Assembly (NCBI RefSeq): GCF_000143415.4
Contig: NW_003314349.1
Coordinates: 9,172-73,171, forward strand
Length of the DNA: 64,000 nt
Direction of reading: 5' to 3'
Origin: Selaginella moellendorffii
Lineage: Eukaryota; Plantae; Lycopodiophyta
In this document: piece after piece, positions 47,620 to 62,769 of the stretch
How the letters are laid out: every line of letters starts with the position of its first letter
Position numbering within the stretch: position 1 is the first letter of the stretch
Position numbers and translations under genes: made by a program
The notes under the pieces: generated by a model
Database searches by the model: none
What the model saw: only the letters and a program-made list of their open reading frames with translations
Told to the model about the DNA's origin: nothing

Positions 47620-49078
47620 AGGCTACACTGTTGAATTCGTGCCGACCAAAACATGTGAGACGGCCATCTCAGATAATCTTCGAGACGAGTAAATTCTGAA
47701 GTTTCCTCGTGGCCAATATTCCTCCGCGTCTTCAAACTAACGAATTTTTGCTGGTTCTTTTGACGAAATATACCAAGACAGGAACATCCGGAGGACAGCA
47801 TACGGGTCTGGCAGGCACTTTTGACCAAAGAGCAGCTACTACGGTATAGTATACTGCTGGCCTCAACTACCTCAAACAACTTATTCTATGCATAAATTTC
47901 CAGGACTCTCTTCTTTTGGAGAAATCTTTGTCCTCGGCTTTGATCAATCTAAGCTCGGACTGTCCAAGGTAAACTTCTATGATTTTTCGAGTTCTTTTTA
48001 CTGCCTGAGTACTTTTTATGTAGTTAGGTGTGGCTTTGAAGATTGCTGACATTAGTTATTCTGCCGCAGGAGGAATATAAGGCTACCACTTCTACAAGGA
48101 CAGGGGGGATAGAAGTTGCGACGTCAGGTGGTGGTAAATACGTGCGCTGCCACCTTCTGCCTGGCATCTGGGTACTTTCCCCTCATGAATGTCATTCATT
48201 GTTTTAGTAACTAGTCCTATTCTTTTTTAGCAGGCTGAAGAAGTCGCCACTGCAAATTTCTCCAGAGCAACGAAGCGACGCTATCAGCCAGAGGATTACG
48301 TTGGTAACTTTCATGGTTGGGGGAACGAAAGGCACCAGCACCAACCAGCTTTGATATTCTGCTTACAAGGTACCTTGTATTGCTTATGGTTTTCACGATG
48401 TCCCTGTCTCCTTTAATGCCTAGATCTCTCCTTTTACAAGATGGCGGGGACGACTTGATGCAGCCGGCCAGTGCGGCAGCAGCAAAGCGATGCTGTTCTT
48501 TGCTACGGCAAGACTGCTTCGCTGCCTTTTCTCTGGCACTGCTCCTCCCCCGTGGGTGATTAGTAAGTTAGTAACATGTTGCAGTCGAGCACCTCGCTTT
48601 CTTTCTCATATTTTTCTCCTGTTCATGCAGGTTTTCCTGTATCCAAGTCTAGATTCCTCTTTGCTCGATCGAGTTTTACAGCCAGATTACTTTCCACTCG
48701 ACTACTTCGATCCAACTTAAAAGCTCAATGAAAGACATAGGTGAGGGCTTTGGATTTTGCCTCGTTTCTTACGATTGTTACCTCCAGACCTTCCAAATTG
48801 CTTCTCAGGACTTTTTCACGACCAGATTGTCTTTGCTCCAAGTTTTAGCACTGTGGCCAAACTATAAACTTTGCGGAGGTGAGGCATTTGATGATTTTGT
48901 CTCGTTGCTTACGATTCCTACTTCCGGCCTCTCCTGTGATCGATCAAAACCATTCAACGGCAAAGGCGGTGCGATCTTTAAAGCCATGGCACAGAAATTT
49001 ATACGCGAAACGATTGCTTGCTTGGAGAGTAGCCGCGCGCCGTCGACTTATAAATGGGTGGAACATGGTGGCGGCTGA
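47620..49078 (+). pseudogene. Unidentified multi-exon coding-like remnant
   Basis: Exon-like blocks separated by ~55-bp GT-AG, pyrimidine-rich segments. The last block is open to TGA at 49078, earlier blocks contain stops. No recognised domain. Confidence 0.25.
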
Positions 49079-49997
49079 CTGGCGTTGACTTGGAGCGAGT
49101 TCTTCGTCGAATTTTTTTTTTTTCCTTTTCTTTGGTGTCGTTGAGCGTGTCAAATTGACTGACCAACGCGCAATGCAAGCAGGAGGTCAATGGAAAGATT
49201 TAGAGTTCATCAATGCCAAGCATTAAGATTTAAATATCATGGGCATGGGCTGACTTTTGCAAATGGTTTACTCCTTGCAATTCGCGCACTTTGTGTAGCT
49301 CAATGCGAGCGAATGAAGTTAAGGAAAGAAGCTTTGAGAAGCCTGTGATGGTAAGAAATGGTACTGTTTGCCTTGTCAACTTTTTTTTTCTTCTAACTTT
49401 CCAGGCTCAGCCCACTGCTCATAACTACTGGCAGATGCCTTTCGTTTGTCTTGCATTGATAGTGGGGAAGGAAGAAATTGTGCATCACAACACAACACAC
49501 ACTTCACTTTGACAGAGAGCTGAGATTCCTTTTCCACTCCACCACCACCCACAAGCCCACATGGAAAAAAAGCAAGAATTCTATCTTCACTAGACCTAGG
49601 CTTTGAATTGCTGGGCAGTAGGAGAAGAAAAAATGAAGAACAATCGCCCTTCCTGCTGATCTTCAACACATAATGAAGCAAACTTGATGATCTTTGGCCA
49701 AGGAGAGCTTTTCTAATGATCTTTGGCCAACCATACCCATCAAAGTCTCAGCCAGCCAAATACAGCCACAGATCATTTGTGTGTGCAACAACAACAATTA
49801 AAACGCCCCCAACAGCAGCAACAAGAAAAAAAAAAAAAAAGAGGAGAAAAAAAACTGAGAGAGAAATGAGCCTTGGTGTGAAAGCCCAAGAAACTTCAAA
49901 CGCTTAAATCTAAGCAAATTCCCCTAGAACATAAGCGCGTGCGTTTGAATGGGGTAAGCGCGCTTAACTTTCGTGTATAGGCCAGCCCCTCGCAGCA

Positions 49998-52367
49998 ATG
50001 GAGGCGACGGTGCTGGCGCCCTCCTCCTCCTCCTCCTCGACGATGGCATCCAAGCTCTTCTCCTTCCTCCCTTCCTCCTCTTCCTCCCCTTGGCTATGGA
50101 AGTGGAGCTCCTCATCGCAATCGTTCTCCTCGGGAGCCTGGACATGGATTATCACCTGGGCTCTCATCTTGGCGTGGTGGATCTTCCTTCACCGGTTCCG
50201 GCAGGGGGGGCTCCGCGGTCCCAAATCCTGGCCCCTCGTCGGCTGCCTCTTCGAGCAGATCGCAAACTTCGATCGCCTCCATCACTGGCTGCTAGATTAC
50301 CACCACAAGACGTGGACCTTCTCCGCCCCTGTTCTTGGCGTCAACAACACCTTCACGGCCCATCCCGCCAATGTGGAGTACATCCTCAAGACCAACTTCG
50401 TCAATTACCCCAAGGTATAGCAGAGCTCAATCCATTCTCTGCCTCGATCGATTGCGCTCGCTCGCTCGATTCCCTGCCGCTCGGCTCCTCCATGCATTGA
50501 TCGCGATTCTCCGACATGGGCTTCTCCCAAAATCGCATTTTGATGCCGCTGGCCACCGCCCACCTGCATTGTCTTCTCGATCGCTCGTGGTCGGTGTTCT
50601 TGGCTGATTCTTTTTCTTTGTTTCTCTTCCTTCCAGGGGGAGCTCCTGAGGCAGCGATTCCGCGACATGATGGGCTATGGGATCTTCAACGTGGATGGGG
50701 AGATGTGGATGCACCAGCGCAAGGTCGCGACGGTGGAATTCGCCTCGTCCAAGCTGCGCGACTACAGCACGTTCGCGTTCCGCGATCTCACGCTCAAGCT
50801 GGCGGGCATCCTCGCGGATCGATCCGGCACGGGCCAGGCGCTCGATCTCCAGGTCTGCGCAAAGATCTCTCTCACAAAATCGAGACAATCAGCGCGAAAA
50901 AATCTTTCTCTCTTGTGACAGGACTTGTTCTTAAGGCTGACGCTGGATTCCATCTGTAAGATCGGCTTTGGAGTGGAGATTGGCTGCCTACGCCCGGATC
51001 TTCCACTCATCCCCTTCGCGCACGCTTTCGATTACGGCAACACGCTCATCATCCGGCGATACATCGACATGTTTTGGAAGATCAAGAGGTTCTTCAACGC
51101 CGGATCCGAGCGCGAGCTCAAGCGATGCATCCGCGTCATGGACGATTTCCTCTACCGCGTCATCGAGCGCCGCCGCCAGGAGCTGAAGCAATCCAAGGAC
51201 GTGGTAAGCTGGAAATCCAAGTTATTCCTTAAAGATTCTCTAATATTCGCTCTTCGTCTTCCTAGGGCCGCCCCGACATCCTGTCGAGATTTCTCTCGCT
51301 CGACGAGGAGGAGGCCTACACCGACAAGATGCTGCGCGACGTGGTGATCAATTTCGTGATCGCGGGGCGCGACACCACCGCTCTCACGCTCTCGTGGCTC
51401 TTCTCGGAGCTGGCCAAGCGGCCCGAGGTGGTGGAGAAGATCCTGGCGGAGGTGGATCGCGTGTTTGGGGCGGACGAGGAGCTGGAGGGAAAGGATTCGA
51501 TGAGCAAGAAGGAGCAAGTGCTCGCCAAGGTTGCCAATTTCTCGCGGAGGCTGGATTACCAGGGATTAAACCGGCTACACTACTTGCAAGCCACGCTCAC
51601 AGAGGCGCTTCGTTTGTACCCGGCCGTCCCTCTGGTAAGTGATACCAATCCGAGAGATCGTGAGCTCATTTCCTCGATTCATGCTCTTGGGTCATCGCAT
51701 TTTGCTCGAATTCTTCCACCGATTGCTCGAATTCTTCCACCAATTGTCACTCCTCTGCTTTTCCCCTGTTTTTCTTCTGTTTTCGCGGATTGCTTGCTCC
51801 ATCTGGGTTCGTCAATTTCCAGCACTGATTACAAATTCATGCCTTCCATTCCACTCCTCGATCGCTGATCCGTTGATCCTGCAAAAAATTCGTGGATTTT
51901 CTCGCAGGAGACCAAGACGGTGGTGGCGGACGATGTTCTTCCCGACGGCTTTAGCGTCAAGGGCGGGCAATTCGTGAGCTACTCGTCGTGGGCGATGGGC
52001 AGGCTGGAAGAAATCTGGGGCCCCGACGTCCTGGAATTCAAGCCCGAGCGATGGCTACGCAGCGACAACATCTTCCAGCCCCAATCTCCATTCAAGCTCA
52101 CGGCATTCCAGGCAAGAAGAGAATTTGGAAAAGTTGGTTTGTTATTATTGTGTGTGTTCTTGACGAGAGATCTTTCTTTTGTTCTTCCAGGCTGGGCCGC
52201 GAATTTGCCTGGGGAAAGATTCGGCCTACTTGCAGATGAAGATCACAACCATTTTGCTGCTCAGATTCTTCAAGTTCGAGCTGCTGGACGAGAAGCCTGT
52301 CAACTACAGAATGATGGTGGTGCTCTACATGGCCAATGGACTGCTCTCCAGAGTTTCCTTCCGTTAG
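49998..52367 (+). CDS. CYP704: Cytochrome P450, CYP704 family (CYP704B-like fatty-acid omega-hydroxylase)
   Basis: GPKSWPLVG, PANVEYILKTNFVNYPKG, LTLDSICKIGFGVEIG, NFVIAGRDTT, EALRLYP, PERW and heme motif FQAGPRICLGKDSAYLQMK. The last intron is GC-AG. Confidence 0.93.
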
Positions 52368-52853
52368 GAGAGCCCCCAGAGTCTTACAGATCCACCAGCA
52401 CTACTGAGCATAGGAGAAGAACTAAAGCGTCAGAGAGATTCAATGCTTGCATCAAATACGATCGATGATCGATAGATGATTTTAAGAGCACAAGAACGAA
52501 CCCGGTTCCATAAAAGCGGCTCTGGATGAGAGACGACGAACAACACCTTCACAACTTTTCTTACTGTGTCTGCAAACAAAAAGAAAAAACTCTCAAGTGA
52601 ATAAGAAAAAGATGAAAAACAAAGGCTTTGGAAAACCGAAGGAGAAGACGACGAAGCAGTCCCGCTTTGATAGATACGTTGATGCGCGGCCGATTTCTTC
52701 CAGCTAGATTGCATTCAAGGCTCGGCGAGAAACCGTAACACCAAAACGTAGCAGCAGCACTAAGTGATCGGTTTGGTTGTTGCTGTCATAACTCCTTTTC
52801 CTCTTCCAATTCTTTTCCTTCGCTTCTTTTTCCCTGTGTATCTGTTTGTTGGA

Positions 52854-54132
52854 TCACTGCCTTTTGGAGGCCTGTCGGACAGCCTTAAGTATGTCTGTGA
52901 AAGCCACCATGCCCAGCAGGGAGCCTGCGTCGTCCACAACCCACAGCTGATGGACTCTGTTCTCCAGGGCCTTGGAGATAACCTCCCTGAGCGATGCCGA
53001 CGGCTGGCAAGTGATAAGCGGCTTTTGTTGAGGATCGAGCGATGCTGCTGTCTGGTCGACAGCCTCGATGCATGCGGCCCCGAATCCAAACCGCCTCGCG
53101 AGGAACGCCTTGTGCGAAAACTCGAGGACTGATAGCGAGGCCCACTTTGTCAACACGTCCGAGTTGCAGCCTCTCAAATCACTGGCCGAGAATGTCCCAA
53201 GCAACCGTCTTCCATCACCCTGTAAAAGGCAAACAAACAACGCGCACAACTTAGCTCCAGGAACCAGAGAATGAAAGAAACAACCAACGAACCACCAACA
53301 ACATACCGCTACTAGCTGAGTTGCAAGCTGCGCCACCGGCGATGGATCAACGATCGCCACCGCCGTCAGGAACGCAAAGCGCATCGCCCTCACTGCGTAC
53401 ATCACCCGCATGTCCGCGGGAGCGGCATAAACGTTCTTGTTCACCGCTCCGAGGCTGCTGATATCAGTCGACATCAAAGGCTCCAGCTGCTGCGAGTGGA
53501 CGAGCAAGAACGCTATCACGTCCGTTTGAGTGAGCATGTGATAGCCGGGAGACGATTCGACTACCTCCACACCAGAGACGTGATCCATCGCGCTAGAAAC
53601 TGGAACTAGAGCCCGGTGAATTCCCTTGCTCATGGGCTCCATAGTGTCAGCCAACCTGGAGAGCAAAAGAAAGTTCTTTAGCAACAAAGCTAGCTTCCTA
53701 GTTTCTCTAAAGAGAAAAAAAAAATGAAACTAAAAGTTCTTACGAGGTGTGAGGAGCGATGCTCCAGAGGCTCAATCCTTCCAAGGAATGCCCGATGATC
53801 TTGGAGATGGCAGTCTGGAGCCTCTCGCAGCTGCCATCCTCTCGCTCTGCGACATGGATGAGAATGTCGAGCACGCTCACCATTCCAATGTACTGCTTCC
53901 GCGGCGCTCCGGTGCTCTTGTCCGATTCCACGACCATGGAACCGCCGGCGCCGATCCAGTGCCCGGGCGGCGCCGCCACTGGCACGGCCAGGATGTTCTT
54001 GGCCAGCAACACATTGAGTGTGTCGCCCACCGTCGCGGTGTACGGGACCTCCACAAGCCTTCCCTTGTCTCTCACCAGGTCCTGGACGGAAGTAGAGTGT
54101 AGAATCTCCAGAGCGAGCTCCTGCTTCTCCAT
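52854..54132 (-). CDS. CBS-domain SnRK1 gamma-subunit-like protein (PV42-like), 3 exons
   Basis: RLVEVPYTATVG, AVPVAAPPGHWIGAGGSM, YIGMVSVLDIL, SKGIHRALVP, MLTQTD, LLGTFSASDLRG, RVHQLWVVD. Confidence 0.9.
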
Positions 54133-54478
54133 GGACGATCCTCCAAACCCTAGCAACGATATCCAAGCAAGACAAGATCAATCGATCGATCAATGCCGGA
54201 ATCACCTCAGATCGAAACAAACAAGCCGACAAGACGATCGATCGATCAAAGGAAGGCGCGCGAGCGTGGCAAGAGGAAATGCGGTAAAGAACTCTAAAAC
54301 CCTAGAAAACAAGAGGACAATTGGCGCTTTCTAATTGCGCCACCTGGCATAGACCTTGTGCCACCTGATCGCGCCATCTGGCGTCTTCTCATTGTGCCAC
54401 CTGGCATAGAAAAAAAAAACATAAGCCTGATTTGTCGCAATACATGTTCAAAACCCCGCCAAAATTGCTCGCTAGCAG

Positions 54479-56113
54479 CTAGTCTTCGTGGACAGCATCC
54501 ATGAGATAGATTTTGCTAAAGCTCTGTCCAGCAAACCTGGAAGAGGAAAAAGAGATGTAAGCAAAGATCGAAAGAACAATGGAAAACTACAACGAAGAAC
54601 TCACCCATTGATCTGGCTGCAGTAGTTTGCGATCTGGTTCGTGATGAGATAGCTATCGAGACGAGACGGCTCTGGAATCGACTTGAAGACCGCATTGTTT
54701 GGATCGTCTTCCGGGAGAGGATCCTCGCCTGCTTGTCTTCTCGCCATGTTCTCGGCCCTGGAAGTGGATGTTTCTATCATAATGCAAAGCAACGTAGCGA
54801 ACCGTACCTTCGTTTCTGGAGCCAAGCCTGCTGCTGTGTTTGCTGCCTTGCCAGATTGCGATAGTAGAATTGGAACTGGAGAAAGGACAAAGCAATTCAG
54901 GATGAAACCAAAGTGAGTGGTGAAGTCCATTTACCTTTTGCTGCTCCATTGAAAGATCGTCCATGCACTCTATGAGGAACTCTAAGTTCTTTTCCATGAA
55001 TGGATTGGTCGAAAGCACGAGTCGATCAAAGTCACACTGGTATGGACAAACATATGAGAGGGAAATGTTTTATCAAGTTCCATACCTGAGTAGCCGGTGA
55101 ATCGGTTTCTAGCTCTGTCATTAGAGCACTCACAAGAGCCGAGTTTGATATTCTGACCTGCGGCGTCGTCATGATCAGTAAGGATCGACTAACAGATGTG
55201 TATACTTACAGGAATTTCTTCAAAGATATCTTGCCAGGTGACGTTCTTCTCTCGAAGTCTACAGTGGTATTCATTAGTAATTTGGAAGTACATACAACTA
55301 TAGCTTACTTTTCGCCATTGAAGTTATTGGAGCGATAAAGCTCCATGAATGAATCGGTGAGCCTTAGAGCCTTGAGTGCGAGGACACCTTGACTGGACCT
55401 AAGGGGATCATAAATGATACAAACGCAGCGTTTTATGTTTTCCTAGATTTGCAATGTTAGAGACAAACGACGATACTGAAAGAAAGAGAAACAACGCACC
55501 TGATAGTTTAGAAAGGTCTCTATTAGCTCCACAGTTTGGAAAGAACCCATGTATGTCGACTGGTACCTGGAGAAAAAAAGTTCTTAGATCAAGAAAAGAA
55601 ACAAAACTCTTCGCATACCATCCAACGGTATTGTTGTCAACATTGACTTCTCGCAAGCATCTCATCATCTCGAGCTGATAGTTCGCTCCATCCGATTCAA
55701 GCTCTTCATCCTCTTCTCCACCTCTGCTCTGCGCAAACCAAGAGAGAACTAAGCTCAAATCCAATTTTTCCAAGCCTACCCATACCGGGAATGGAAAACA
55801 ATTTGTAATCTCGAGCGTGGTTCCAATATCCAGTCCCAGGAGCTGTCCAGTCACGAGCGCAGGCATACATTCCTTGCAATGCTTGATGATCTTGAGCACC
55901 ACCTGTGGTGGAGACAAAGAAAACACTAAGAAAACCTTTAAAATCATCGCAAGTCACTCACAAGGCCATCGATTTGGACAGCGCGCAAAGGGCTTGTGAC
56001 CTCCTCTTGACTGGCGATCTGCGCAAAGGACCGCACCAGAGCTGGAGAAACGCGATGAATCAAACCATCGCCACATCGATTGAAGAGAACTTACGTGCTG
56101 GCGCCTCAGACAT
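54479..56113 (-). CDS. eIF3h: Eukaryotic translation initiation factor 3 subunit H
   Basis: [15 protein letters not shown]...VTGQLLGLD...[73 protein letters not shown]. Confidence 0.95.
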
Positions 56114-56277
56114 TGAGCTCCTCCGCCCTTGCGCGATTAGGGTTTTGGGCACAGTCGGCTATATACAGCCCTAGCGAAACTTTCTATCCGTTAGACGTTC
56201 GAATCGCAGCTGAGAGAGGAAAGGTTTAGGGTTTTAAGGGGAGCGGACGAGCGATCGATCGATCGAAGCGTGCGGGC

Positions 56278-57439
56278 ATGGGGACTGGGCAGCAAGCGGC
56301 GACGCGCGATGTGATCACGCTGAAGGGATCCTCGTCCATCGTTGGGGAGTTCTTCTGTGAGTATAGGAGAATGTGTGTCGATCGAGTGAAAATCGCATGA
56401 TTTGTTTGTTTTCTCATCCTCTTTTTGTGTGTAGAATGTCATTAGAACCAGCATTTCTTCTCGATCATCGTTTATCCCCTTCTTCTTGAAGAGATCGAGT
56501 GGAAATAGCTTGATTTGCTTGTATTTTCATTCTCGTTGTATGTCTAGAATGTCAATAGAATCAGCATTTCTTCTCGATAATTGTTTATGCTCTTCTTCTT
56601 CTTTGATTTCTTTTTCTACATGGTTTTCTCACTTGTCCATTGTTTTTTTCCCTTGCAGCTTATGCTGTCAATAGCATTCTTTTCCAACGAGGCTTGTATC
56701 CATCTGAGCAGTTTGATAGAGTGAAGAAATATGGCTTGACAATGCTAGTTTCTCACGAAGACAAAGTGAAGGGCTATATCTCGGCAGTGACTTCGCAGAT
56801 TGCCGGTATGTTTCTTTCTCGTGTTCTAACTTCTCTTCATCCAGAGAGTGGCTTGATTGTACAGATTGGTTGCAAACTGGAAAAGTCCAGCGCGTTGTGA
56901 TGGTGATCTCGAGCTTGGCAACGAAAGAAGTTCTCGAGAGGTGGAACTTTTTGATTGAAACAGACCGGGACGCCACAGAAACGGGGTAAAATTCTTCTCT
57001 CCAAGCTTGCTCTTGACTATAGCGTTTTCTTCTTTCTCAGTGCCACGAAAGAAAAGAGCGACAAGGAGATAATGCAAGAGATTCAAGCCATCATGCGACA
57101 AATCACCTCCAGCGTCACATTTCTTCCTCACCTCGAAGAATCATGTAAGCAATGTTTTATCTTTTCTCACTTCCATTCTAAAACATCTCTCAAGGTTCTT
57201 TCGAGCTGCTTGTTTACACCGACACGGACTTGGAAGCTCCCACTTCCTGGGAAGAAAGCGATCCCCGGCTCATCAAGAAAGCCCAGGAGGTGAAACTACG
57301 CTCTCTCAACACAAAGGTAGGCAATAATTTCGCCCCCATCAAGCTCTCACTCCCTCGTTTCTCTCCATTTTTTTCTTCGCAGATCCACAAGATCGACTCC
57401 TTAGTCGCTTACAAAGTAGACGACGATTCAAACGTCTAG
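56278..57439 (+). CDS. MAD2: Mitotic spindle checkpoint protein MAD2 (HORMA domain)
   Basis: ITLKGSSSIVGEFF/YAVNSILFQRGLYPSEQFDRVKKYGL; EVLERWNF; EIQAIMRQITSSVTFLP; WEESDPRLI; VKLRSLNTK/IHKIDSLVAYK. Confidence 0.95.
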
Positions 57440-57716
57440 CTCGTGTAAAATTCGAAGCTCCCTTAAGCGTATTATATTATCTCTTAATGCATTAGTCTTA
57501 GACTAATCACGGTCTGACGGTTAGCGTTAGCTTATTAAGATCAACGGCTAATTTGAAGTTGTGTTAAGCGGGTAAGATTTAGACTAATCATGATCGGACG
57601 GCTATCGTTAGCCTAGCAAGATCAACGGCTTGCATTCTTAGATATAGACCCCCGCCGCCGAGGTTTAGGGTTCGTCAAGGCGAGGAGCGGCGGCGAAGAA
57701 GGACGAGTCTGGAGCC

Positions 57717-58261
<545 letters not shown>

Positions 58262-58389
58262 AGAGCCTGGGATGAGAGCTCTCTTCTCCCATTTTCCTGG
58301 AACGCTAAGTCTCTCTCTTTTGATTTCCTTTCTAAGCTCTTGCTATATGGCAGTGTTGTTTTGTAGGCTAGCTTCTCTTGTTAAAGGTG

Positions 58390-59290
58390 GTGCTTTGGTA
58401 AGCAATTGCCAAAGCTTTTCTATTCACGAGTTGTATCTCTATTTCCAGGGCTTTCTTAGAAATAGAGTCTAAGCATTCCACTCACTCTTTGGCCATCTCG
58501 GTTGATCCAAGATGATCTTGTTTCAGCGCTCATTCTTTCTGGAACAAAGTCTTCACATTGCTTTGGTAAGCAATTGCCAAAGCTTTTCTCTTCACGAGTT
58601 GATCGATCTTTCTTTTTCTGTGTTCCAGCTTCTTTCGTGCTCTAGAAATAGTTGTCTAGGCATTCCATTTTTCATGGAACGCGTTACTTCTCTTGGTATA
58701 TGGTGGTGTTGTGAGTTTAGTCTTCACACTTGTTCAAAGCTTCTCAGTCGCTTTGGCAAGCACTTGGTTTTGCTTTGGCAAGCAATTGCCAAACCTTTTC
58801 TCTCCAAGAGTTGATCGATCTTTCTTTCTCTGCCACGAAACTTTCGTCTTCACAGTTTGGATTCTCAATTGCTTTGGTAAGCAATCGCCAAAGTTTTCTC
58901 GCGAGTTAATCGCTCTTTCTCTCTGTTCCAGGGACAAACAAGTTTCTTTCTCTAGAAATAGTTCCTTTTCTATGAAACGCGTTACTTCTCTCGTGGTGTT
59001 GTTCCAGCGCTCATTCTTTCTGGAAGAGGTACGAAAGTTTAGTCTTGTTTAAAGATTCTCAACTGCTTTGGAAGGAAGCCTTTCTATTCATCTCTTTCTT
59101 TCTCTGCGTTCCAGGGACAAACAAGCTTCCTTCGTGCTCTCTACAAATAGTGTTAAGCATTCCATTTATGGAGCGCGTTACTTCTATTTGGCCGTCTCGG
59201 TTGATCCAAGATGTGGTGTTCATTCTTCTGGAACCTCGAGAGCGACGTAAGTTTAGTCTTCACACTTTGTTCAAAGATTATCATTTTCCT
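58390..59290. repeat. Degenerate tandem array of ~100-210-bp units headed by a GCTTTGG...CCAAAGC palindrome
   Basis: TGCTTTGGTAAGCAATTGCCAAAGC variants at 58391, 58560, 58771, 58870 and 59084, with shared downstream blocks. Dispersed copies at 61920-62130 and (inverted) 62960-63062. Confidence 0.85.
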
Positions 59291-59384
59291 TAACCAAATG
59301 TTTGTTTACAGTATTTCTGCTCGTCCCGGCTTAGAAAACGACAAATAACAGAGCTTGTTTCGCGCGTTCCTGCGAGGCTTGGCT

Positions 59385-61496
<2,112 letters not shown>

Positions 61497-61919
61497 TGGT
61501 GCCATGTATAGTATAGTAAATTTATTGCAGTCCTTAAAATTACCATCCAGTCAAGCGCAAATTCTCCGTTTTTATTAACACTAGCAACCGAGAATTTTAT
61601 TAGTTGTCCCTTTCGTTTAGCAATCATGCTTAATATGATAATTAGTCTGATTAAGCGAAGCTGACCGCATTTTCTGTTTTGGCTAGTTTTTAGCTCTCAT
61701 CACCACCATAGAAATAGAAATGTGGCTCCAAATGTAGAGTTATAGAGATGCCATATAACTTTTTGTCTATTCTTTAAATTTTGTAATTGCAAAGGTTCAG
61801 AAAAGCAGCTGATATTAATATTTGGATAGCTATCCTAGATTCAAAAATGCATACAACTAGTGTGATATATGTAACATATACGTACGAAAGGCTTAGCTTG
61901 TTTTGTTAAGGGTTTTACT

Positions 61920-62510
61920 TTAATCGACCTTTCTTTTTCTTCGTTCCAGGAACAAACAAGCTTCTTTCTTGCTGTCTAGAAACAGTGTCAAGCATTCCAT
62001 TTTCATGGGCTTCTCTTTGTCCGTCTCGATTGATCCCAGATGGTGGTGTTCTTCCAGCGCTCATTCTTTCTGAGCTACATAACTTTAGTCTCCACACTTT
62101 GTTCAAAGATTCTCGATTTCCTTAGCAAGAAGTTTGCTATCGTGCCGGCTTCTCGAACTTGGGCAGGACAACGTAGAAAATGACAAAGAACAAAGAGCTT
62201 CTTATTGTTCCTCCATGTGGGGGGTTTCCGGATTGAGAGCAACAATGAATCTTCGCATTTCTTCTCGTTGTGAGCGCAGTCGAGGGCCATGAGATCCTCA
62301 GCAGGAGAAGCTTTCCAGAAGGCTTCGTGTTTGGAACATCGTCCGCGTCATACCAGGTAGAGCTTAGAGTTTTTCGTCATTCTTCAAGCAAAGTTTGCGT
62401 TCCAATATGAAGGCGCTGTTAAAGACACACTCAACTGAAGTGGATCAGTATCATCGTTATAAGGTCCTGAAAGCTCTCTCTGGTTCTTTGCCCCGAAGAC
62501 GTCGGATTGA
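61920..62510 (+). pseudogene. Deleted duplicate of the beta-glucosidase 5' region including its upstream repeat unit
   Basis: 62247-62360 is nearly identical to 59411-59522. Pieces of exons 2-4 are fused by deletions and the rest of the gene is lost. Confidence 0.9.
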
Positions 62511-62696
62511 AGGAGCCTCTATCACGTCGAGTATTGCAAAGAATTCCCACGTTGGTAACATCCACAGGAAGATCCTTTGAAATTTTTTTCTAGAAATTAG
62601 CCTTTCATATTATACTCATCAGTTTAGCTTTTGTTAAAGTTTGTTCAATTTCCTTTTTATTTTAGAACAAATCAATGTTATAATTAGTCAAATTAA

Positions 62697-62769
62697 GCGG
62701 GGATAGCTCAGTTGGGAGAGCGTCAAACTGAAGATCTGAAGGTCACATGTTCGATCCACGTTCACCGCA
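62697..62769 (+). tRNA. tRNA-Phe(GAA), with two stem mismatches (possibly decaying)
   Basis: GCGGGGATAGCTCAGTTGGGAGAGCG...CTGAAGA...GTTCGATCC...CACCGCA then TTTTT. A:C mismatches in the anticodon stem and the T stem. Confidence 0.85.

Noticed and set aside
49495-49530. TGACAGAGAG as miR156-like
   Set aside because: Match too short and no complementary hairpin arm found.
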